Shown: positions 17,069 through 26,286 of the stretch, in pieces
Layout of the letters: every line of letters starts with the position of its first letter
Position numbering within the stretch: the stretch's first letter is position 1
From: a virus
Strand: one strand, 5' to 3'
DNA: 64,000 nt
IMG/VR virus record: IMGVR_UViG_3300045988_073070
Position numbers and translations under genes: made by a program
Notes under the pieces: generated by a model
What the model was told of the DNA's origin: nothing
Database searches by the model: none
What the model saw: the letters and a program-made list of their open reading frames with translations, nothing else

Positions 17069-19072
17069 ATGGACGAAATTAAAAAAGCACGCCAAGTAGG
17101 CGACCAACACCCATCAAAGCCTTGGGTGTGGACGGAGTACAAGCCTGGCAAGTTTGATTGGAGACCTATGAAGGGAAAGAAGGCAACAACGGCTTCTTCT
17201 GACGATGATTCGGGAGATGACGACAATGCTGGAGCAACCAAGAAAACTCCGTCAAAGCCTTCTGCCGCACAAGTAGCAGGAGCGAAGGCGAAAGCTGGCA
17301 AACCCATGAACTCTCAGCAACTGTTAGTTTGGGCTCAAAAGACTTCTGATGATAACCTTCTCAAAGTAGCTAACAGCAAGAACGGAAACGCTCAAATGCG
17401 AAAGATAGCGTATGACGCTTTAGAAGCAAGAGGGTTTGATATGTCGCAAGTTGATACTTCGGGAACGCTTGCCCAACTTATGAAGATGACAGGCAAAGGA
17501 AGTCCGAAAGCTCCGACAACGGGAGATGATGACGATGAGGTTGATGTAGCCGATACAAACGAAGAAGCCGAAGTTGATATTGATGACGATTCCGATGGAG
17601 ATTCAGACGGCATCAAAATTACGGAAAAGTGGTATCTTGACAAAAATGACGACCGTGTCAAAAAGATGTTCAATCTGAAAACAAAAGAAGGACGTATCAA
17701 ATACGACCAGTTTGTTTATCGGATGAAGAAAAAAGAGAAGGATTACAAAGACCCAGTTGAAGTAGTTCAGGACTTGAACGAACAATATTTGGAGTTCCTT
17801 GATAACGATGAACAACGGTTCATGATTTCAGCAGGTGGAGCTGGTATTGGTAAATCATACGGCTTCAATAAAATGGCTGAACTCCTTAATATGAAACCGT
17901 TCGAGGAAGGAGACTCACCAGGGGATGGAGATTACGACATATTTGAAGCTCCTGACGTTAATTCAGGCAAACAGCTTTTGAATATTCTCAAAGCCCATAA
18001 CGGTAAAATCATTGTATTTGATGATAACGATAAAGTGTTGAAGAGAGCCGACTGCGCAAGTGTTATGAAGAAGGCTACTGCTACAACAGGCAGACGTATC
18101 GTTGGCGACCCAGATGATATCAAACAGAACTTTGAATTCACTGGACGTATCATTATCATGACCAACAAAGACCTTTCGCAGTTATCCGAGAACGAAGACA
18201 CGAAAGCGATTATCAGCCGTGCAATGATGGTATCGGAAATCTACATGACCGTACCAGAAACAATCCAAGTAATGGAGAGCCGTTATCAGGATTATGAATT
18301 CAAACAAGCTCCAAGACTTGACGATGAAGGAGAAGATAAGAAGGAGCGTGATGAAATTTTGAGTCTTATCAAAAAGAATCAGAAGAACATTGACCCTGCT
18401 CAATTCACAACCCGTACTTTCCAAGAGATTTTGGTGAACAAAAGAAAAGTGGACAACGCAAATGAAAAGCGTTCCAATCCAGCGTTTGCTGCTCTTATCG
18501 GTACAAAGAATAAGGATTGGAAAGAAGTGGCATTGGGAGTTCTCACGAAAGCTGCTGTGAATGATATTGAAGGAAGCTCCGAAGATACTTTTGAGAAAGG
18601 AGAGGACGATGAGTTGGAGAAGGCTGAGGATATTATTTTGGGAGATGAATTCAAAAAAGGGTATTCTGCTGATGACGGAGTTGATTACACCGTAGATGAT
18701 GAAGAGGAAGAAGACATGGATGAAGTCACAAAGGCTGAACTGCTCCTTCTTGGCGATGATTACGGAGTTTTTGAAAAAGCTGAATTTTCCGAGAAACAAC
18801 GCAAAAGTTTGGCTAAGAAAAAAGAAGCCATGCCCGATGGTTCATTCCCAATTCGTAATACTTCGGATTTGAAGAACGCAATTCAGGCGGTTGGAAGAGC
18901 GAAAGACCCAGCAAAAGCGAAAGCATGGATTAAGAAACGTGCGAAAGCTCTTGGAAAGGAAGATTTGCTGCCCGACACTTGGAAAGCGAACACAAATGAC
19001 TTCTTTGGTGAAGATATGGACTTGCAAAAAGCTCAAAGCATTCTTGGAATTGGAAGCGGAATAATGGGATAA
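17069..19072 (+). CDS. Acidic protein with an AAA-like P-loop NTPase core
   Basis: Walker A ISAGGAGIGKSYG, Walker B KIIVFDDND, sensor-1-like RIIIMTNKD. Long D/E tracts. C-terminal motif MPDGSFPIRNTSDLKNAIQAVGRAKDPAKAKAWIKKRAKALG. Confidence 0.55.
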   Translation: MDEIKKARQVGDQHPSKPWVWTEYKPGKFDWRPMKGKKATTASSDDDSGDDDNAGATKKTPSKPSAAQVAGAKAKAGKPMNSQQLLVWAQKTSDDNLLKVANSKNGNAQMRKIAYDALEARGFDMSQVDTSGTLAQLMKMTGKGSPKAPTTGDDDDEVDVADTNEEAEVDIDDDSDGDSDGIKITEKWYLDKNDDRVKKMFNLKTKEGRIKYDQFVYRMKKKEKDYKDPVEVVQDLNEQYLEFLDNDEQRFMISAGGAGIGKSYGFNKMAELLNMKPFEEGDSPGDGDYDIFEAPDVNSGKQLLNILKAHNGKIIVFDDNDKVLKRADCASVMKKATATTGRRIVGDPDDIKQNFEFTGRIIIMTNKDLSQLSENEDTKAIISRAMMVSEIYMTVPETIQVMESRYQDYEFKQAPRLDDEGEDKKERDEILSLIKKNQKNIDPAQFTTRTFQEILVNKRKVDNANEKRSNPAFAALIGTKNKDWKEVALGVLTKAAVNDIEGSSEDTFEKGEDDELEKAEDIILGDEFKKGYSADDGVDYTVDDEEEEDMDEVTKAELLLLGDDYGVFEKAEFSEKQRKSLAKKKEAMPDGSFPIRNTSDLKNAIQAVGRAKDPAKAKAWIKKRAKALGKEDLLPDTWKANTNDFFGEDMDLQKAQSILGIGSGIMG

Positions 19073-19075
19073 AAT

Positions 19076-21442
19076 ATGGAAGATATAAGAAAGGCATTGG
19101 AAACAATAGCTCTTCAAAATGCGAAGGGCAAAGTGTCTGATGACCTTCTTATAAAGGCTTGCGATGCTTACAAGATTAAGTCCGAGACGTTTGACGATTC
19201 TTATGACTATCATGTATGCGTCGCAAAGTCTTTATATGACCACATAAATGGTATAGAGCCGAACGATGAAATCAATAAGGCTATCGTGCCAGGTCAAACG
19301 AAGGTTGTTGATGGAGTGGTGTATATTTACACTGCCACTCCGAACGCAAAGACACAATATGATTGGCGTGTTCTAAAACCAAAGACCGCATCAAAAGTGG
19401 GGCGTCAGGTAGATGCGGCAAAAGCCGATTCAAAACAGAAGTACGTCAATGAATTATTCCCCAATGATTTAAGCACGTTAAAGGTGATTAAAAAGTTAGG
19501 TGGAAGTACGGGAGCGCAACTTGTTGAAGATAGCAGAGGCAATCAGTACGTGATGAAGAAGGGCAGTAATACGTCCAACGAGCACGTCAAGTCCGAGTAT
19601 ATGACCAACCAGTTGTACGACCTTCTTGGTTTACGAGTTCCCGACTTTGAATTGTACGAGGAAAACGGAGAAGCAATATTGTTGTCAAAATTCATACCGA
19701 TGACCCGTATGCCGTCTGCAAAAGATTATGATGAGATGGCGAAGGGTTTTGCGGTTGATGCGTTGTTAGCTAACTGGGATATTTATCAAAACGACAATTG
19801 CTTAATTGATTCGGCTGGTAGAGTTATCCGAGTGGATAATGGCGGTGCTATGGAGTATCGTGCTCAAGGTTCAAAGAAAACTTTTGGTAAGAGTGTTACA
19901 GACTTCAACTCAATGTTGAACTACAATCCGAGTGTTCTTGGAAATCTATCGTTACAAGATAAAGTGAATCAGTTGGATGAGCTTTTGAAGAAACGTGATG
20001 ATGTAATAGGATTCTTGGTTGAAAGTAATTCTAATTTAGTAGGAGTATTTGATGGGCGTTTCAAAGACCTTGAAAATATCAAGAATCAACTTGAAGCGAA
20101 AATAAACAAGAATCAACGCAAGATTACTCCGAGAAAGCTCAAGAGTGATGCGGACATGTACAGAGAGTTATCCGAAGATGAATTGGATGCTATCTGGAAA
20201 GCTCAACAAGGTAGTGATTATTATAGCAAACTCAATGCTACGAATTACACCGTTGGTTGGGAGCTTTTGAGTGCTATTTGCGAAGAACGAGGATTCACTG
20301 CCCGTCCAGAGGTTGTAGATGAAACGGAGTATTGGAATAGAGTAAAGGGTTCAAAGTATCAAATATTTCGTGGGCTATCGTCTGGAAGCGGACATGATGC
20401 GGAATATTATGCTGATGACTTCCGATATAATGACAACTGTTTCTATGGAACTATTGGTATTCACGGTTCAGGACTTTATTTCCACGTGAACGATGGTACT
20501 GGTAATAAGGACAACACAAAGACTACTTTCAAAAATTCCGATGCTTATAAGAACGCAAGGAGTTATGCAGGTAGTTCGGGAGAAATACTTGAGTGCGCTC
20601 TTGACCCCAAAGCAACTGTTGCATTAGTTCCCGACTTGAAGAAAGAGATTCTTTCAATGGTAACATTCGACAAAGCAGCAGTTGATGCGAAGCAGCTTGA
20701 GATTGATTCTCTTAACAAGACCTTATCGCAGCAGCAGGATGACCTTAACAATATAACGGATAAGACCGAGAAGGACATCAAAACAAAGATGCACTGGGAT
20801 AACGATGTTCTTGTTATGCACCAATTGGAAATCGACAATACTGACTGGGGAGCTACGGACGCAGACGGCAATCCAGATTATCCGAGCTTTGAGGATTTTG
20901 TTGAAAAGAAGATGTTTGATTGGGTTAAGAAGAATGGCGGTACTGTTACAGAGAAGGGGAAAGGAAGCGATGTGTATATTTTGAAACTTCCCAATTCCAA
21001 AGAGCCTTTCATGATGAGCCGTTTCCAATACGAGAACAACGCAATCAAAAGAAAGAATGCGTTTTCAAAGCCGTACAACTATCCAGTGAAACGATTTTCC
21101 GATTGGTTGATGAAAGAGCATTACAACGTTATTAACAAAAAGGTTGAGAAGGCTATCGACCAAATTGGTTCAAAGGTTCAAGAGATACAAGCCGACATAA
21201 AACTCACCAAGACCGAGTTGAATACAAAGATTGGTGAGATGAACGACTTGAAGAAGACAAAAGACCCAAATGGGGATATTCTTTCTGGAATCTACGAATC
21301 AGTCAGAAAAGGAAGCAAAGAAGCTATTGGAACATACGCAGCTCTCAAGGGCATTGACGCCATAGTAGAGCCGCATGGAAACGGTGGGCCAAATTCCTTT
21401 ATGATTGTTCTTAATCGTAGTAAAGTAATTGTTAAAAGATAA
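19076..21442 (+). CDS. Large multidomain protein: atypical kinase-like domain plus ADP-ribosyltransferase-like domain
   Basis: Kinase-like string: GGSTGAQLV...YVMKKG...SEYMTNQLY...DALLANWDIYQNDNCLID...IRVDNGG. ART/PARP-like string: YQIFRGLS...GIHGSGLYFH...SSGEILECAL. Coiled-coil C-terminal third. Confidence 0.35.
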   Translation: MEDIRKALETIALQNAKGKVSDDLLIKACDAYKIKSETFDDSYDYHVCVAKSLYDHINGIEPNDEINKAIVPGQTKVVDGVVYIYTATPNAKTQYDWRVLKPKTASKVGRQVDAAKADSKQKYVNELFPNDLSTLKVIKKLGGSTGAQLVEDSRGNQYVMKKGSNTSNEHVKSEYMTNQLYDLLGLRVPDFELYEENGEAILLSKFIPMTRMPSAKDYDEMAKGFAVDALLANWDIYQNDNCLIDSAGRVIRVDNGGAMEYRAQGSKKTFGKSVTDFNSMLNYNPSVLGNLSLQDKVNQLDELLKKRDDVIGFLVESNSNLVGVFDGRFKDLENIKNQLEAKINKNQRKITPRKLKSDADMYRELSEDELDAIWKAQQGSDYYSKLNATNYTVGWELLSAICEERGFTARPEVVDETEYWNRVKGSKYQIFRGLSSGSGHDAEYYADDFRYNDNCFYGTIGIHGSGLYFHVNDGTGNKDNTKTTFKNSDAYKNARSYAGSSGEILECALDPKATVALVPDLKKEILSMVTFDKAAVDAKQLEIDSLNKTLSQQQDDLNNITDKTEKDIKTKMHWDNDVLVMHQLEIDNTDWGATDADGNPDYPSFEDFVEKKMFDWVKKNGGTVTEKGKGSDVYILKLPNSKEPFMMSRFQYENNAIKRKNAFSKPYNYPVKRFSDWLMKEHYNVINKKVEKAIDQIGSKVQEIQADIKLTKTELNTKIGEMNDLKKTKDPNGDILSGIYESVRKGSKEAIGTYAALKGIDAIVEPHGNGGPNSFMIVLNRSKVIVKR

Positions 21443-21446
21443 AGTT

Positions 21447-21812
21447 ATGAACAGAGAAAGATTGGTTTCAATAGTAGGTGGACGAGCCAACCGAGTTGTT
21501 GGGCTCAAAAAACCGAGTGAGCTGATTCCGTTCAAGGGCAAGTTTCCTCTGTTAGAGCCTTACCAAAATGAAGCATTCCATAAAGCTATCGAAGAAACGG
21601 AATACATTGAAAACCTTCCAGAAGATATTCAAAAAATCGTTGAAAAGGGTAGCAGAATTGTAATCATGGAAGAAGGCTTTCAGAGATACCTGAACGAAAA
21701 CGGACTTCAAAAAAGCGACTTCTTGAAGTTGTCCAATTCCGATAAATCAAATTATCTTGTAAATTGGATGAACCAAGATTGTATTGATTATTCACAATTA
21801 ACCATAAAGTAA
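21447..21812 (+). CDS. Hypothetical protein
   Basis: ORF. Start moved to ATG 21447 (MNRERL), just after the upstream stop at 21442. Confidence 0.5.
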   Translation: MNRERLVSIVGGRANRVVGLKKPSELIPFKGKFPLLEPYQNEAFHKAIEETEYIENLPEDIQKIVEKGSRIVIMEEGFQRYLNENGLQKSDFLKLSNSDKSNYLVNWMNQDCIDYSQLTIK

Positions 21813-21813
21813 G

Positions 21814-22224
21814 ATGGCAGATTTTGAGAAAGCATTCCAGCGTACCGAGAAGCACGAAGGAAAGAATGTATGGACGAACATTGACGGTGATTCGGGAAAG
21901 GAAACTTGGAGCGGCATAAGCCGTGCTGCCAATCCTAAATGGGCAGGTTGGGCTATCCTTGATAAAATACCGAATAAAAAGAACAACCAAGTTATAAGCA
22001 CTCCAGAGTTGGAGCGTTTGAAACGAGAGTTGTACAAAAGTAATTATTGGAATCCCGTTTGGGGCGACCGTATCAAGAATCAGAAAGTTGCTGAAGATAT
22101 GTATGATATGGGCGTTAATGCTGGCCCAGCAACTTCCATAAAGTTATCCGAGCGACAATTCAAAATGACCGAAACGGGAAAGATGAGTGAAGCTCTATTA
22201 AACAAATTAAATTCAGTGGTATGA
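21814..22224 (+). CDS. Endolysin, GH108-like muramidase
   Basis: N-terminus FEKAFQRTEKHEGKNVWTNIDGDSGKETWSGISRAANPKW fits the GH108 pattern (catalytic E in the EGG-like motif, D-x-G-G/x-x-T-x-x-GI). Confidence 0.6.
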   Translation: MADFEKAFQRTEKHEGKNVWTNIDGDSGKETWSGISRAANPKWAGWAILDKIPNKKNNQVISTPELERLKRELYKSNYWNPVWGDRIKNQKVAEDMYDMGVNAGPATSIKLSERQFKMTETGKMSEALLNKLNSVV

Positions 22225-22535
22225 AAAAGGTCATATTTTTATTGCTAATAGTCTTATGCTCCTGCGGTAGTAAGAACGTACAGACGAGTGAAGAAAGTCC
22301 GCAGATAGTGCCTGAAATCGTGTACGTTGAAGATACTACGAGAGTAATGGAGCTTGAAGCGAGAATCCGAGTTATGGAAGATTCTTTGAAATTCTATCGG
22401 GATTCAATTCCATACGATACTTATATCAATGCCCGTAGGATTGAGAAAATCAAATACTACATAAGTATAACCGAGAAAAAACCTACAAATCAAAAATTTT
22501 TCTATGGGTGGATAAGAAGAACGATGAGTGAATAA
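22221..22535 (+). CDS. Lipoprotein (possible spanin-like lysis accessory protein)
   Basis: Signal peptide and lipobox MKKVIFLLLIVLCSCG. The start overlaps the endolysin stop (ATGA). Confidence 0.5.
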   Translation: MKKVIFLLLIVLCSCGSKNVQTSEESPQIVPEIVYVEDTTRVMELEARIRVMEDSLKFYRDSIPYDTYINARRIEKIKYYISITEKKPTNQKFFYGWIRRTMSE

Positions 22536-22565
22536 TAAAGCCAAGAGACAAAAGCAGCTATAAAG

Positions 22566-22602
22566 AGGTCAAGAGATTAAAAACTTTTGACCTTTTTATT
22601 TT
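22566..22602 (+). terminator. Rho-independent terminator
   Basis: AGGTCAA (22566-22572) pairs perfectly with TTGACCT (22587-22593), followed by TTTTATTTT. Confidence 0.7.
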
Positions 22603-22604
22603 AT

Positions 22605-24218
22605 ATGGCTACAAAAAGTAAAAGCAATTTGGACAAATTCACCTTCTGGTGTCCTCTGGATATTCAGAAAGCCGTTATTGACCCAGAAACAGGTCAAGAG
22701 GTAATGAGGTTGGGGGGAATAGCTTCAACGTCAGACGAGGACAGTGATGGTGAATTTCTTGACCCGAAAGGGTTTGACATAAAACCGTTAATCAATAGTG
22801 GTATGGTAAATTGGCATCATCAAGCCAAAGGACAGCCTGCTACTATTATCGGAGAGCCTTCAAAAGCAGAGATACGCCCAGAAGGACTTTATATTGAAAC
22901 TGACTTGTATCCTTCTTCTGCTATCGCACGAGATGTGTGGGATTTGGCTCAAACTCTTGAGAAAGATTCAAAGACAAGGCGGTTGGGGTATTCTATCGAA
23001 GGAAAAGTTGTAAAGCGTAAATCCAATGATAAAAAGTCTCCTGACTATAAGAAGATAGTCAAGGCAATTATTACGGGAGTAGCAATCACTCATCAACCAA
23101 AGAATCCTAAAACTTTCGCAAATATAATCAAAGGCGAGATTGATGAGGATTTTGAAGATGAAGTTGAGGAAGCATTGGACACTGAAAACGGTAAAGCTCT
23201 CAAGAAAGAATCGGTTGATAAGAAGTTAAAAAAACAAACTTTTTCAAAATCCGAAGCAATTGAGAAGCTATTCAAAGACATTCCAGGTATAGATATTGAG
23301 AAAGCAGAAAAAATTTATTTAATGACATCTAAATTTGCTAATATGAAAGGTAAAAAAAGAGTCACCGATGAAGACATCAGCAAAGCATACGAAGCTCTTG
23401 GGCTTGAGATAGAAGCTGCTGACGATATTCAGAAGGGTGATGGTTGCGCTGCTAATGGCGGTGGCACCAAAAAGCAGCCTATCAAGAAGGCTAAAAAAAC
23501 GGCAGACGATGTTGGCGATGACGGAGACGAAACGGACGAAGAAGATGAGGACGATGACGACTTCGAGGAAGCCAAAAAGGCCAAAGGTAAAATGAAAAAA
23601 GCCAAGGATGACGAAGGCGATGAAACTGATGATGACGAGCCAGACGATGAGGAAGATGATGAAGACGGAAAAGTTTTCACCAAAAAATCCAAAGGTAGCA
23701 AAATGAAGAAAGGTGGAGACGGTGCAAACCGCTTTGACCGTATCGAAAAGGCTATGGCTACGAGTTACGCAAATCAGACGCAGCTCATTCGTGCTCTTGG
23801 CGTTATGGTAAAGAACTCTGTTCAGAAAACAGAGGAAGTTCTTGCGAAGAACGATGAACTTTTGGACATTGTAAAGGCGCAGGAAGAAACTATCAGCGTA
23901 ATGTCCGAAAAGTTGGAAGAGTACGGTTCAGAGCCTTCGGGGTTCAAGTCTCACCGCAATGTTCAGGGCGTTGACCGTAGCTTTGCGAAAGCAGAGGATT
24001 CAGACATCACCAAAGGTGGTAAACGTGGACTTGGTAAAAATCAAATTCCTATCGGTAACAAAAAGGTTGTTGCAGACCTTCTTGACCAAGCGACCTTTGC
24101 AAAAGGTTATGACGAGGAATTTAGCAAGGCTTGTACTACCTACGAAGCAAGTGGTGCTCTGCCTGCAAACATCATAGCACGTATCAAGAACGAGCTTGGA
24201 TTTGAAATTGTAAAATAA
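22605..24218 (+). CDS. Prohead protease (HK97/U35-like) fused to a scaffold-like region
   Basis: N-terminus GGIASTSDEDSDGEFLDPKGFD...VNWHHQAKGQPATIIGEP...GYSIEGKV resembles prohead serine proteases. The rest is highly charged D/E/K tracts and coiled coil. Start set to ATG 22605, because the track start (TTG 22587) lies inside the terminator stem. Confidence 0.6.
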   Translation: MATKSKSNLDKFTFWCPLDIQKAVIDPETGQEVMRLGGIASTSDEDSDGEFLDPKGFDIKPLINSGMVNWHHQAKGQPATIIGEPSKAEIRPEGLYIETDLYPSSAIARDVWDLAQTLEKDSKTRRLGYSIEGKVVKRKSNDKKSPDYKKIVKAIITGVAITHQPKNPKTFANIIKGEIDEDFEDEVEEALDTENGKALKKESVDKKLKKQTFSKSEAIEKLFKDIPGIDIEKAEKIYLMTSKFANMKGKKRVTDEDISKAYEALGLEIEAADDIQKGDGCAANGGGTKKQPIKKAKKTADDVGDDGDETDEEDEDDDDFEEAKKAKGKMKKAKDDEGDETDDDEPDDEEDDEDGKVFTKKSKGSKMKKGGDGANRFDRIEKAMATSYANQTQLIRALGVMVKNSVQKTEEVLAKNDELLDIVKAQEETISVMSEKLEEYGSEPSGFKSHRNVQGVDRSFAKAEDSDITKGGKRGLGKNQIPIGNKKVVADLLDQATFAKGYDEEFSKACTTYEASGALPANIIARIKNELGFEIVK

Positions 24219-24238
24219 ACCATTTATAAAGGAAAATT

Positions 24239-25738
24239 ATGACACCTGAAAGATTAACAATTAACCTGTCTGACTACGGTTATGCCGCTCAGCAGGATGG
24301 GTATCATATCGGTATGGGTAGTTCCGAAAACGTTGACCAGCTCAACAAAGCTCTTGCTGCGGAACAGATAACTGGTATGCAAACCCAGAACATGACGGAT
24401 GCCTCTGGTGCTCCGTTGAAGGTTGAATCTTTGGAGAAAACTCTGAAGCATATCACCTTCCGTGAGAGTGATATTCGCTTGTGGAAAGACCTTCCCAAGA
24501 AACCTGCTTACAATACCGTGGAAGAGTACAATCAGCAAACTTCTTATGGTGCTAACCGTGGCGGTTGGAATCGTGAAGGGGAATTGCCTGAGGAAGAAGA
24601 TTCCATCTTTGTTCGTAGAGCGCAGTTGGTGAAATACTTGGGTGTAACCAAGTCCGTAACTCACCAGATGACGCTTGTGAACACGATGATTGGTTCTGTA
24701 ATGGAACGCACAATCAAAGATGGTACGCTTTGGATTCTCCGTACTTTGAACCAAGGTTTGTACTTCGGTAACGAAAAACTCATTCCTGAACAGTTCAATG
24801 GATTCCTTGCTCAGCAAATGCAGTCTGACGCTTGGGCTTCTTATGCGGCTTACATGGATTCGGAAAACGTTATTGACTTGCGTGGTAACGCATTGACCGA
24901 AGATGCCATTGAAAGCGGTGCCAACTCTATCGTAGAAAACTACGGATTGGGAACACAGATTTATGGCCCACCTGCTGTACTGTCCAACTTTGTGAAGAAC
25001 TTCTACGGTAACAAGTTTATCGTTCCGAATACTCCTTCAATGTCTGACGGTATCATGGGTCAGAGGGTTCAGGCTTTCGATAGCCAGTTTGGACGTATCG
25101 GATTGAACCATGACGTGTTCTTCAAGAAACTTCCTGCTAAAAATTCCGTATCACCCGCCAACTCTCAGAAAGCTCCGAACAAACCTGTTTGGGACACTAC
25201 AACTCCTGCAGCAGTTCAGAGCAATGTTACTGGAACGAAGTGGGCGAGTGAAGATGCCGGCAACGTTATGTACGCTGTATCTGCTATTAACCGTTTCGGT
25301 GAATCCGAGCTTTCAATTTACGCAACAGCGGTTGCTGCCGTTGCTAATTGCGCAATTGACTTGAAGTTTACCGATGGTGGTGGCGTGAATAAAGCAACTG
25401 CTTATCGCATCTATCGTACCAAGGTTGGTGGAAGTGCTACTGGCATGTTCTATCCGTTGTTTGAAGTTTCTTTGGACGATTTGACCCGTGGTTACGATGG
25501 CGGTGGAGCTGGTATTATCCGAGACATGAACCGCTTCTTGCCCGACACTGACCAATCAATGCTTGTACAGTTCGACAACGAGGTTGTTGAGTTTGCTCAG
25601 TTAGCTCCGCTGATGAAGATGGATTTGGCTGTTCTTTCTCCTGCCTTCCGATTCATGGTGCTTCTGTATGGAACTCCGTTCTTGTACGCTCCGAAGAAAA
25701 TGGTGCGCTTAATCAATATCGGAAAGACCATCAAATAA
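24239..25738 (+). CDS. Major capsid protein
   Basis: 499 aa, directly after the protease/scaffold gene and followed by a strong terminator. Called by position and size. Confidence 0.6.
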   Translation: MTPERLTINLSDYGYAAQQDGYHIGMGSSENVDQLNKALAAEQITGMQTQNMTDASGAPLKVESLEKTLKHITFRESDIRLWKDLPKKPAYNTVEEYNQQTSYGANRGGWNREGELPEEEDSIFVRRAQLVKYLGVTKSVTHQMTLVNTMIGSVMERTIKDGTLWILRTLNQGLYFGNEKLIPEQFNGFLAQQMQSDAWASYAAYMDSENVIDLRGNALTEDAIESGANSIVENYGLGTQIYGPPAVLSNFVKNFYGNKFIVPNTPSMSDGIMGQRVQAFDSQFGRIGLNHDVFFKKLPAKNSVSPANSQKAPNKPVWDTTTPAAVQSNVTGTKWASEDAGNVMYAVSAINRFGESELSIYATAVAAVANCAIDLKFTDGGGVNKATAYRIYRTKVGGSATGMFYPLFEVSLDDLTRGYDGGGAGIIRDMNRFLPDTDQSMLVQFDNEVVEFAQLAPLMKMDLAVLSPAFRFMVLLYGTPFLYAPKKMVRLINIGKTIK

Positions 25739-25769
25739 ACCGAGAAAAAAAATTGTCTAACAGAGAGAA

Positions 25770-25799
25770 GGGGTGGGTGCTTTGCCCCACTCCTTTTTT
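25770..25799 (+). terminator. Rho-independent terminator
   Basis: GGGGTGGG (25770-25777) pairs with CCCACTCC (25786-25793, one G-U), followed by TTTTTT. Confidence 0.7.
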
Positions 25800-25818
25800 C
25801 GTAAATTGTAAAACAAAT

Positions 25819-26262
25819 ATGAAAATTAAAGCAAAAAATCCGAAGATTGCGTCAATGAAGTTAATCGTGCCCGTAGATGGCGAAATTTCGATTGACGGTA
25901 ACGGTGTAGCCGATGTATCAGCGAAGTGCGCAGTAGCATTGGTAACGGGCACTAATGATTGGGCGTACGCAAGTAAAGCGAAGAACGCACCCGAAGTAGA
26001 GGACGAGGATGATGAGGAAGAAGATGACACTGACGAGGCATCTGACCGTGACAAATTTGAAGCTCACCTGAAAACTCTCAAGCTGGAAGAAATGAAAGCT
26101 ATGGCAGAAGAAGGAGAGATGCCGAAAGAGGAATGGGAAAAACTCAACTCCAAGAAACTCATGTCAGCCTACCTACTCAAAAAGTACGATGAAGCCGAAG
26201 CAAACGGTGAATTGGACGAGGATGATGAGGAAGAAGATGACACTGACGAGGATGGAAAGTAA
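25819..26262 (+). CDS. Acidic head-module protein with an internal repeat
   Basis: Start moved to ATG 25819 (MKIKAKNPK), because the track start lies inside the terminator. Contains two copies of EDEDDEEEDDTDE encoded by a 38-nt perfect repeat. Confidence 0.55.
   Translation: MKIKAKNPKIASMKLIVPVDGEISIDGNGVADVSAKCAVALVTGTNDWAYASKAKNAPEVEDEDDEEEDDTDEASDRDKFEAHLKTLKLEEMKAMAEEGEMPKEEWEKLNSKKLMSAYLLKKYDEAEANGELDEDDEEEDDTDEDGK
26001..26251 (+). repeat. 38-nt perfect direct repeat (26001-26038 and 26214-26251)
   Basis: GGACGAGGATGATGAGGAAGAAGATGACACTGACGAGG occurs twice, 213 nt apart and in frame. Confidence 0.9.
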
Positions 26263-26286
26263 TAACCTATAAAACATTGTCTTGAT

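Noticed and set aside
22587-22604. ORF-track upstream starts, such as TTG 22587, and likewise 3696, 21429, 25753, 41694, 43408 and 44798
   Set aside because: Each upstream extension overlaps a terminator or the preceding gene. An in-frame ATG lies right after the upstream stop, and those ATGs were used instead.
23429-26054. Minus-strand Ser-rich ORFs at 23429-23701 and 25731-26054
   Set aside because: They are antisense artefacts of acidic-tract coding sequence in the scaffold gene and the 147-aa acidic gene.
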